Positions 15,161 through 24,903 of a stretch of 64,000 nucleotides of DNA are shown here, one piece after another. The notes under the pieces were generated by a model. That model was not told the DNA's origin, ran no database searches, and saw only the letters and a list, made by a program, of their open reading frames with translations. Positions within the stretch are counted from its first letter, which is position 1; every line of letters starts with the position of its first letter. This stretch comes from Massalongia carnosa (lineage: Eukaryota). Both the position numbers and the translations under genes were made by a program. The stretch spans positions 1,488,001-1,552,000 of the forward strand of contig OZ287067.1 of NCBI GenBank assembly GCA_965645245.1. The letters run 5' to 3'.

Positions 15161-15263
15161 AAGAAAGCCTTAGAAAGCCCTCGAAAGCCCTCGAAAGCCC
15201 CGATAGCCCTAATAAGCCCTAACAAGCCTTAACAAGCCCTAAAGCCTAGAAAGCCCTAGAAAG
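15161..15263. repeat. Degenerate ~10-bp tandem array (TAGAAAGCCC / AACAAGCCCT units) in the AAT/sHSP divergent promoter
   Basis: About 10 units are visible, with GAA at 15163, 15173, 15183 and 15193. Confidence 0.85.
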
Positions 15264-15350
15264 TCCTCCAGCATTCTGGAGATATCCATGATGGAAATTA
15301 CATCACGGGAACATCCCAAACGCACTTTGCGGTGTCGTCACATAGTGCTA

Positions 15351-15412
15351 TCCAGAAGCTTCTGGAGGTGCTACCCGGAAGATGCTGGAAACCCGTTTCG
15401 TGGGTATATAAA
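15351..15412 (+). promoter_or_regulatory. Heat-shock element plus TATA box of the sHSP gene
   Basis: Perfect palindrome TCCAGAAGCTTCTGGA (15351-15366, alternating nGAAn-type units) and TATATAAA at 15405-15412. Confidence 0.75.
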
Positions 15413-15499
15413 CCCCTTCAACATTCAATGTGAACCTTTCTTCCATCACAACCATACACCCCGCAAAACATCACATCACATCAATACAATCTCGTGTGC

Positions 15500-16222
15500 A
15501 TGCAATTGTCTCGCATAGCTACTACCAAGCTACCTCGCATTTACAAACCTCTCAAAGCATACCCACCTCGTACCATCTCCAAAGCAATCCCAATCCGCAC
15601 CATGACGACCCTCTTTCCACGTTACCCATCCAACACCGGCTTCGATACCCTCCTCCGTCTGCTCGACACCTCCGATGTGCCAACCCGTCACTCTCACCAC
15701 GCTCACCCCCGCACTTTTACCCCCAAGTTCGACGTCAAGGAAGAACCTAATGCGTACGAGCTGCATGGTGAGTTGCCAGGCATCAAGCAGGAGGACATCG
15801 ATATCGAATGGATCGACGCCAGCACTCTCGTTATCAAAGGTCGCACTGAGCGCGAGGTCGTGAGGTCAAGCGACGACACCGACGACCACCATGAAGCCGA
15901 CAAGTCGGCCAAAGCCATCCACGACAAGCCTCACAAAGCCACCGTGGAGGATGATACGGACGAGCAGAACAAAAACAAAACTGAGGTCGCCAAGAGCGGC
16001 AAAGGCGAAGATGGCACCGTCGAGACGCGCCGCGAGGAGACTCCACAGTACCGGTATTGGGTGAGCGAGCGCTCCGTCGGCGAGTTCCAACGTTCCTTCA
16101 GCTTCCCCGGCAAAGTCGATCAAGATGCAGTCAAAGCAAGCCTCAAGAACGGCATCTTGAGCGTGGTCGTGCCCAAGCTCGCCAAGAAACCCCACTCCAG
16201 CAAGAAGGTTACCATTGAGTAA
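15500..16222 (+). CDS. Small heat-shock protein (HSP20/Hsp30 alpha-crystallin family); main ATG 15602, upstream in-frame ATG 15500
   Basis: FTPKFDVKE...YELHGELPG...YWVSERSVGEFQRSFSFP...ASLKNGILSVVVPK...KKVTIE. Confidence 0.95.
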   Translation: MQLSRIATTKLPRIYKPLKAYPPRTISKAIPIRTMTTLFPRYPSNTGFDTLLRLLDTSDVPTRHSHHAHPRTFTPKFDVKEEPNAYELHGELPGIKQEDIDIEWIDASTLVIKGRTEREVVRSSDDTDDHHEADKSAKAIHDKPHKATVEDDTDEQNKNKTEVAKSGKGEDGTVETRREETPQYRYWVSERSVGEFQRSFSFPGKVDQDAVKASLKNGILSVVVPKLAKKPHSSKKVTIE

Positions 16223-16855
16223 AACGGGTTTCGGCTTAGAACTCTAGCGGGACATCGGTTTAAGAAGGAGGGGGGAGGGTTGGTTTCCGAAGATAATCAA
16301 TCCAATTAGCTTTTTTTAATTGCTCTTCTCCTATGGTTCGGAAGGATCGGTTGAATAAGGCAGATTGCACAGGTTTTTCTCCTCTCTTGTATCAAAAAGG
16401 GGTAGCTTCACGCAGCAAACGGCAGCTTGACGGACACGAATTGGCGAGGGCTTTTCTTGCTAGTTACATCAGCGGAGAAGATAGTTGATCGAATGATAAT
16501 ATTGTTTTCACCTCGGATCCGATCTTTCTTAATAGTTATTGATTCCTCTCCTCCAAACTTGCCAACCCTCCCTACAATTCACACTTCCAGCATTTTCCCT
16601 CCCCGTTCTCGCCATCTCCAGCCAAATTCCTTGCCCCAACCCACTATAACTACTACCAACTTCCCATTCCCCCCAACACCTTTTCCGGTCAGTTAGTGAG
16701 CGCTTGTGGTGAATTCTTCAATAAGTCTCTTCACAGGGGCCTGGTTTGGTAGGTAGGTAGATATGTAGGTATCTTTATGGTGTACCTAGGTACTACGACT
16801 ACGAAGGTACTACGAAATGATCTTCTCATGACGTATATATATACATACATAACTT

Positions 16856-16874
16856 AGAGAGAGAGAGAGAGAGA
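16856..16874. repeat. (AG)n microsatellite
   Basis: Directly visible. Confidence 0.85.
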
Positions 16875-17008
16875 ACCGGGGACCCCAACCATTGAACAGC
16901 TGATTATTAACTCCCCCTATCAAACCGCCTCACCCCCAAAAACGCATATTTTCTCCTACTGAACGTCGCCAGCCCCCCCCCCCCCGCTTCTCTTGCCTTT
17001 CCCCCGTG

Positions 17009-17936
17009 TTATCGACTCCCATTCCACGGCCAGAGAGCAACCTCGTTGCTGCTGGTCTGGATCCCTGGAGCGCCATCGAAGCCCAAAGCGACGATCGCAT
17101 CGTTCTGGGGGAGGCCTCCGGTGAGCCCCCAGTCCTGGGTGCCGCTTGGTGCCAACGTGCCCCAATCGTTCGGGCTGGAAGGGAGGTCTGCGACCGAGTT
17201 CAGAAACGGGATGGCGTTGACGCAGGATGGGTTCAGGGGTTCGTCGAGACAGGAGGGAGGTCTGATGATGATGATAATGATGATGGTTGTTTAGTTTTTC
17301 GCGGCGAAGAGGAAGAGAGTTGTGTGTTGGGGGGGAGGGGGGGAGGGGGGGAGGGGAGGGAAGGAGGCATACTCGGCCGTCAAGCCTGTAGAGGTCGTGT
17401 GGCCAGCGTTAGAGCTTTTGTGCAGGTCGTTCACGCAGCAGGTAACTGAATCGGCAACAGGGCAAGGGTTGTCGGCGATGGGCGAGTTGTCCATGTTGCT
17501 GGGGAAAAATAAAACAATGTAGGGTAAGCTTTTCGGGACATTTTCTGGTCATCGGCGCGAGGAAGTAGGCAATACGCACACAATCCACATGTCACAGGGT
17601 TTGTTTTCGTTCTGGCAATTGCCGTTCAGGTTGGTGTTGCACCTCACGGGCGTACTGATGCAGCAAGGGCCTAGGATATCTTGTTCGTAAGCTCTGTCTC
17701 CTTCTCTTGGACAGGAAGCAATTACTACCGCTGACGCATAGGCTTGCGTCGTTAATCCATAGGCCCTTCGTACACCATTTGTCGGGATCAAAGTCGGGCG
17801 GCGGGCACTTTCCTGTGTATCTTGTGTTCCCCGCCACCACGGAGCACTGATCTGGATCTGCACGAGTGGTCAAGCTCGGCATCGCGTTAACGAGCGCAAC
17901 AGGACAAAGTAAACCAATGGAGACGCGAAGCTGCAT
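17009..17936 (-). CDS. Small secreted cysteine-rich protein with two tandem 6-Cys modules (4 exons)
   Basis: Signal peptide MQLRVSIGLLCPVALVNA. Removing three GT..AG introns joins one open frame: ...QCSVVAGNTRYTGKCPPPDFDPDKWCTKGLWINDASLCVSDILGPCCISTPVRCNTNLNGNCQNENKPCDMWIVNMDNSPIADNPCPVADSVTCCVND...WPWNGSR*. Confidence 0.75.
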
Positions 17937-18648
17937 GTTTTTTTTTCGAGGCGTCAGTATTCAGGGTGACAAAAACCCGAGAAAATCTAATTGAAATAAA
18001 CTTACTTAAGAAAGGCAGGACGCCCAACCATGCCGCTCTTGCAGCAACCGAATCACGGAATAGAAACGACACGAGGGACGATGCTGCGTATAGATGAAAC
18101 ATCCCGTCCGTCATATTGGTTCGACTTTCCGTCTCTTCTCCATCTCTCCATTTGTAATCCCACGATACCTTCTGGCGCTCATAGAGCTTCGCGATATTCC
18201 GTTCTTGATAACCAATAGCAATGGAAATCTCTACTACTCAAAAACCTTGATTTTAAAAAGATATTGGCAGTGTTTGTAGAGCAAATCTGAAATCTTACTC
18301 CCAGTCACCGCTTTGCATTATTGTACAAGGATTTTAAAATGGCCTGTGGCAAGATTATGATGAGGAATGTGTTGGTCTTAAGCTTTAGCTCGCCTGCCTA
18401 GAGTGCTTACGTTTTCCTGGATACTATCTGCATCTTGTTTACAACCCGATCACATCCATATTAGGAGTGAGCAGAAAGAGCTTTGGTTTGTTGAAAACAC
18501 CCACTCCTGGTGAGCAGGTAGTTGCACCGCTAACTTCTCTATATTGGTTGCTAGGAAATTTCTGTCGAAAATCAGTCACTGCCAGCGCCGTGCTACTAAA
18601 TCCAAGTTTGTGTTTTTTGGATGAAGTTCCTCTTTGCAATACCGAGAC

Positions 18649-19359
18649 TCATTCTGTTCGCCCAAGTCTCATGGGCTGTATAAACCTCTTCCAAGAGCCA
18701 TCATTAGACTCTGGTGGAACGCAATCGGTGTAGCAATTAAATCCCGGTTCATTACCCTTATCATTCCGTCAGCTCGGTTCAAATAATGGCTGGACTTGTT
18801 TCTCCTTAATCCCGTAGAGGCTTCTTACCTGAACCGCCAGGTTGAGGACGTCTTCGCAATTTTTATAATATTTTGCATCTTTACAAGTTGATTCTGATGA
18901 AGGTTCTAGAGGACGTGTTAGCCATCAAGGATTACTGGACTAGGAGACAGGGGATTCACTCTCGTGGCAGTATTGGCGATTGAAGACACCTGCCGAAGTG
19001 CTGCAGCATACGCTATTTTGCCACGCGCATTCGAAGTTCCCGAATGACGGGGACTTCGCTTGTACAGGCATAAGTTGATTGGTTGGGTTTTCGTTCAGGG
19101 CTCCATCGGCGAGAAACTCGCTGGCTAGTTTTTCCGGGAAGACTGAAGGGTGTGAAGAGGAGATGTCATTTGTATATTGGTCCTCACTTGTGGTAATTCC
19201 AAGTGGACCATTAAAAACGGGTCCCGTCTTGCTGAGGAAATAGTCTTTGAACGTGTCGGACTGATCGATTGAAGGCCTGCCAAGTGAAGGATTCTCCACC
19301 GGAACTGGCTTTGCAACTGCTATGGAAGTGGCCGCGAGGAGATGAAGAAGAAGATGCAT
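18649..19359 (-). CDS. Small secreted protein with Cys-rich C-terminal part (3 exons)
   Basis: Signal peptide MHLLLHLLAATSIAVAKP. Introns GTGAAT..GCTAAC..TAG and GTAAGA..GCTGAC..AAG join ...FECAWQNSVCCSTSAGVFNRQYCHEKPSSESTCKDAKYYKNCEDVLNLAVQGNEPGFNCYTDCVPP...GRTE*. Confidence 0.72.
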
Positions 19360-20523
19360 AATGAGGAGGGATTTGACGTAGAGAATTCCTGCAACGCTTG
19401 GAAAGACCTCGCGAATGAGTGAAAGTTGCCGTTGCAGAGGCTTTCCAGACCCGAACCCATAAAATGCTTCCCGAAAAATGGAGCAATGTAAGTAACTATG
19501 GCTATATAAGTTCCTACCTCTTCCCTAGTGTTTCCCACCAAGTTCAGTAGATCAACCCTTGCGTTTCACGTGGCCTCGGAGCGAAAATGGAGTAAGGCAA
19601 ATTCGCCGAGAAACACGTTTTTGTTCGGGATGTGAATGAGAAACGGGACGGTCTTCCTGTTTCATGTTTGCCATTCTGACCATAGCTAGGCCAGTTTGCT
19701 ATCAAAGTAAGCCTAGGTTCAGCGGCAACGTGAGCTGATAAGTAACGGAGACACACCTTGGTTTTAGTAGGAGAAAATATAGTATTCCCGAATCGAACGC
19801 ATGAACTTACTCGTTGACTTTAGAACAGGCAAGCCCATTGAGTATTTCATAGCCATCAAATTAGTTGGGCGGCTTCAGCGGCATTCTCTTCCGTTCTTCT
19901 ATTATCTTCTGGCCCCTTTTCTGACCACGTCGCCACGTCGGCTTCGGTGATAGTAATAAAACATCCACCGTAACGAAGAGTTTATCTCCGAAGAGTGAGA
20001 CGGCACACTAACAAGACCACTCTTGAACAGTTCTTCTCCGGTTTCGGGGCTTGTACGGACTTAGGTTGTTGGTTTTTTCATAGCCACATCGAATACACGG
20101 AAATGTTTCGGGCCGTATAATGGCTGGTTGGCTGATGACAGACCCGCGAGATTCATAGCCTGTGATAAGGTGTTAATGATAAGTGGGTTATGTGACGCAA
20201 AGCTATCCACAGGCGAGGCACTCGCAAGCGATAACTCAATATCAGCCTCGGAATCCAGGAGTCGAGCTAAAAATCCGGTTCTCTATTCCACAAAACTCCT
20301 GCTGAAGTTACAAAGTACTTACACAGTAGTGTAACTAGAGCCGGAATGAAACCTCCCCCAAAAAAATCATGATTAGTTGTGGGTGCGGATACGGGCACAC
20401 CCTATTAGCTACCTTAACACCCTACTTTGCTACCTTCACACCCTACTTGGATACATTCACACCCCCGAAAAAGTAACCGCAAAAGGGAAAGTTTCCGCCC
20501 CCTTCCCTTTCCCAATTAGGGTA

Positions 20524-21937
20524 ACGTAATTCACCTGTATTCGGAACACCCGCTTATTCGGAACTAACAAAACCACGATACTTACTTTCAACCATTATCT
20601 CTTCTACAACTTATTGAAGAAAACCCTAAAACTGATTTAATAAGGTAAAGGGTATTATAATGATTATAATAGCTGATTATGGATAAATTACACCGCTGAA
20701 ATGGCTTCTTCCCGGCAGTTTCGAGTTACAAAATCGGGATTGCTTACTACCTTGAAAGACGAGGTTAGAGAACGTTTAAAATAGGCAGTTAAGGTCTATG
20801 AGAAGGCAGAAGGGTCGTAATCTATTACGCAAGCTGCTTGACTTCCGAAAACAACATTGTATCACAGGGTGACAGGATAAACAGTCGCCAGGACCATGTA
20901 TCGTACGTTACTTCAAAGCAGAGGTTAACGCCCGAGGAGGAGGGATCTCTTCAGAGCTGGGTTAACTACTCTAGAGCTACTAGACTCCGCCTTTGACAAA
21001 ATATCAGCTAAGCCTTATACGGACGATGACACTCTTATTCAAACGCTTTATCTTTCAGGCCAAATATCACCAATATCAGGAAACAGTACAAGTCTCAGAG
21101 GTTTGAGGAGTTTGTATTACTATTTCGCCATCAGACTCTTGATTCCTCTAAGCTTACTCTTCTACAAAAAACCCTTAAAGCAGCTAGGCTTGCTATGACT
21201 GACCGTATTGTCTTGAATCGTACTAATACGGAGCTTTTAGCAGCCAATACACGAGAAAAACAACGAGCTCAACGTACGGGCACTCAATACGACGTTCAAG
21301 GGGCTCGCGTATTGAGTTTAGAAGATGTGGAGAAAAGAAGACAACTAGCTGAAAATAAGAAGAAGGAGAAAGAGGCTGGATCAAAGGTAAGGAAAGAAAA
21401 ACAGAACGATCGACTATTTTTCAGGTATCTAAAGACCTAATGCGATTTGAACCCGACCTAATATACATGCATGATCTTGTAACATCTTGATCTTTACTTA
21501 AAAATAAGAAACGAGACGATTCTATCTTTCAAAACGCTTTTCACGACCTTATTCAGATTACACCTTATATTTTTAAGGAGACAGTTGAGGGTGACCTAGG
21601 GTTTAAAAAAACTGCTCAAAATAAAGGAAAAGGTATACCAAGAAAGAAAAATATCACTAGATTGGTACAAGGTGATGTGAAAATAGTAGGAAAGGGGGAG
21701 AAGTAGGAAGTTTTAGAGGTTCGGGTTAGCTCGCGCGGTCGTGTCATCTGTAACACTCGTAAAATGTAGCTCTACAAGCTTATGCGAGCTATATATATTC
21801 ACTAGAACCTGTTCATCAATTCCCGAGTACATGTGCTAGAAATTTTGCGGATGCGGCGGTGATAAAAAATTACGAAGGATGGTATCAAATTTGTTAGTTC
21901 CGAATAAGCGGGTGTTCCGAATAGCGGTGAATTACGT
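20524..21937 (+). mobile_element. Fot1/pogo-type Tc1-mariner element, internally deleted and degenerate, nested in the MULE
   Basis: 48-bp TIRs beginning ACGTAATTCACC (20524-20571, 21890-21937) with an internal TATTCGGAAC direct repeat. TA duplication at 20522-20523 and 21938-21939. Confidence 0.9.
20701..21769 (+). pseudogene. Relic pogo/Fot1 transposase
   Basis: MASSRQFRVTK...SITQAA*LPKTTLYHR (psq-type HTH), QRLTPEEEGSL (CENP-B HTH start) and a C-terminal basic coiled coil ending SSRGRVICNTRKM*. Many stops and frameshifts; no DDE domain seen. Confidence 0.72.
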
Positions 21938-22040
21938 TAAGCGGCGCGAAATTTTGCCGCACCTGAAATTTCGCTGCATCTTTCGCAAAATTTCGTCGCA
22001 TCTTGGAATTTCGCCGCAACCTTCTTCTTACTCCTGCAGA

Positions 22041-24221
22041 ATGTCATCTTCCGATGACACGTTCAATGGTTTTGATACCGAATCCAATTCTTCCGCTCCC
22101 AATCTCATCATCCTCGAAAGAGTCGCATCTGCCTCCCCTCGGCCAGCTTCTCCCCCTTCGTCAGCTTCAGCACCTCTTGCTGCTCCGGAAGAAGGACAAT
22201 CCTTTGAGTCTTTGGAAGACTTGATTCAACGACTCAATGAGCATGCCGGCCCGCGCGGTTATGCAATTGTTCTCGCTCGTACGAAGAAGAATAAGGATGG
22301 AAATACGCGCAAAGCTTGGTTGATTTGCGATCGAGGAGGCAGAGTGAGAGAACCTCGTGGACAAAGTCGTCGTCATACTGCCAGCAGAGCCATTGCTTGT
22401 CCCTTTTCAATGATTGCGATTCGGGAAAAAGAGTCTGATATCTGGTTTTTGGAAGTGGTCAAATCGGAACATAATCATGCCTCGAGTTTGGCAGGGGCTC
22501 ATCCAGTGCATCGAAAGATGGCTATCACCGCCGAGGTAAAAGATGAGATATCGCGTCAGCTAACTGTTCAGACTGCTCCATCGAAAGTGATTTCGAGTCT
22601 GCGCATACCTGATCTTACCACCGGAATCAATTGGGACGATCCGGCCAATCCTCGAGTCGTCAATCCCATGATCAAACCTCGAGACATCTACAATCTCAAG
22701 GCTCAACTTCGTCGCGAGGCTTTGGGACCGTTGACTCCCATACAGGCATTGATTCGAGAGCTTGATCAGAGCGACGATTGGTTGTGTCAAATGCAAAAGA
22801 ATGAGGAGGATCGCAATCAGATAACTCATTTATTCTTTGTAAAAGGAAGTTCCCGAACTTTTTTAAAGTCCAACTATGAGGTTCTGATCATGGATTGCAC
22901 TTATAAAACCAATCGCTACAAAATGCCTCTTCTGATCATCAGCGGTCAAACCGCATTGCATACCAATTTCTATGTGGCTTTTTGCTTCATGGCCAGTGAG
23001 ACAAAATTTGACTACACCTGGGTTTTGAGGCAAGTCAAAGCTCTATATTTGTAAATGGAGCTTCCAGATCCGACCGTCATTGTCACCGACATGGAAAGAA
23101 GTCTGATGCTTGCTCTTCGTGCGCAATTTCCTCGTACCAATCATCTGCTTTGCATTTGGCATATCAATAAGAATGTCGTCGCCAATTGCAAAAGACAATT
23201 CAGCAAGGAAGAATGGGACACCTTCTTTGCGGAATGGAAAGCGATAACTTACGCCTCATCGGAAGTCATACTATGGGAGCTCTGGGGTCAGTTTTCGATC
23301 AAATACAAGGACTATGAGGTAGTGGAATATCTGGCTACCACCTACATTACTCATGTTCAGCATTTCGTAAGATGCTTTACCAATCGAGTACTGCATTTTG
23401 ACACCACCACTACTTCTCGAGGTGAGGGAGGGCATGCAGTGATCAAACGTCAATTAGGAACGTCGACCGGAGATCTGAAAACGGTGGTGGACGGAATCAG
23501 TCTTTTATTGATGAACGAGTATCATAACTATTGGATCAAATTGAATGAGGACAAAACGCGATATCCGCTAGATCTTCGGAAATCAATTTTTCAGCAAATA
23601 TCTCCATTCATCAGTACTAAGGCAATCAGAAGAATTAATTCTCAGTACGATTTACTGACCGGGAGACCGACGGCTCTGCCAGCATGTACGAATTCTTTTA
23701 CAACCAGCACCGGACTGCCTTGCAGTCATAGAATTCAGGAAAGATTGTATGGCGAAGGAAGTTTATTGCTGGAAGACGTTCATCCACATTGGAGATTTGA
23801 AAGAAACGCTCCCGCCAATGATTTCAATCTGCTGATAGTGGAAGAACCAGACATTATTCGACCTCGTGGACGACCTTCGGGAGCGGAAAACAGAAGAACT
23901 CAAGCTTTCAATGCCTCTACGGGTCGACAATCTTCTCAATTCGAGCGAGTTATTATGGAGACGGCAGAAGATGAAGAGGTGCCAGCGGATGTGGAACGGG
24001 TCATTCGTCGGGCGGATCCAGCCCCGACAAGGGCGCGAGGCAGAAGAGCTCGAGCTGATCGAGCTGATCGAGGTGGTGGAGATGCGCGGGGGACGCAGGA
24101 TGCGCAGGAGACTCGAGGGACTCGAGGTGCGCGAGGGATTCGAAGAAGTGCTCGGAATGCGCGAGAGAATCAGGGAGGTGAGGGAGATGTCAGAGATGGA
24201 GACGGCGAAAATGAGGGTTGA
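22041..24221 (+). pseudogene. MULE transposase interrupted by one in-frame TAA (23052-23054)
   Basis: FAR1-like domain (CDRGG...CPF...HNH), MULE DDE core (MDCTYKTNRYKMPL; VIVTDMERSL; HLLCIWH; TTTSRGEGGHAVIK), GLPCSH and RPRGRP. ORFs 21879-23054 and 23055-24221 share one frame. Confidence 0.9.
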
Positions 24222-24611
24222 ATGAAGCAGCGATAGATCAGGCAGGAAATGAGGTAGCTAGTCTGCTTTAAGTTTAGTAGCTTGAAATCAAGGTGCGAAT
24301 GGCCAACATGGTGCCAATCGACTCCGATTCTTGAGGTTCGAAAACATGGAATTTCTTCCTTCCCCATCTCAGGGGGCGGAAACTTTTCCTTTTGCGGTTA
24401 CTTTTTCGGGGGTGTGAATTTATCCAAGTAGGGTGTGAAGGTAGCAAAGTAGGGTGTTAAGGTAGCTAATAGGGTGTGCCCGTATCCCGACCCTTGGTTG
24501 TAATCCCATCTGACTTTAGTTAATGAGGCTCGCTTGTAAGGCTGACGGGGCAGGTAGGGCTGGCAAGGAGCGCGCTAATGCCAACCACTTAAAGCGAGAC
24601 TGTCTCCACGA

Positions 24612-24617
24612 ACGCGT
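24612..24617. promoter_or_regulatory. MCB-like element (ACGCGT) upstream of DNA ligase I
   Basis: ACGCGT about 290 bp upstream of the ATG; yeast CDC9 is an MBF/MCB target. Single copy only. Confidence 0.45.
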
Positions 24618-24903
24618 CGTCTATCATTTGACAACCGAACAAGCCGTACCTGAAGATTATAGGCATCTGTGAGCGTGAGATATAGATAGCTGTAACTGAA
24701 AAGTAGACTTCGCCGGTCTGGCTATTCACCTTCGTGTTGGGCTTGTGGATATCGGTGTCTTCTGTCGCTCCTCCAGTTGCCTTCGCTCACTATGTCATGT
24801 AGCCCAACTTACGCCTCACGTTGCACGCTTTACTTTGTTCAGAAACTACGTGCGCCCACAATTTGTTGCAGCAGAGCTTCCCTGGCAAATCCTAAGTGCA
24901 ACG

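Larger units (their letters stand above)
20381..24493 (+). mobile_element. Mutator-like (MULE, Hop-like) DNA transposon, 4.1 kb including a nested insertion
   Basis: 123-bp TIRs at 20381-20503 and 24371-24493 (4 mismatches), flanked by TTAGTTGT / TTGGTTGT (8-bp TSD, 1 mismatch). Encodes a MULE transposase. Confidence 0.93.

Noticed and set aside
20395..20470. CRISPR-like short repeats
   Set aside because: Eukaryotic DNA, tandem units without spacers, and part of the MULE TIR.
21879..22040. Longer N-terminus of the MULE transposase from the ORF track
   Set aside because: It begins inside the nested Fot1 element and crosses its TIR; the true start is more likely ATG 22041.
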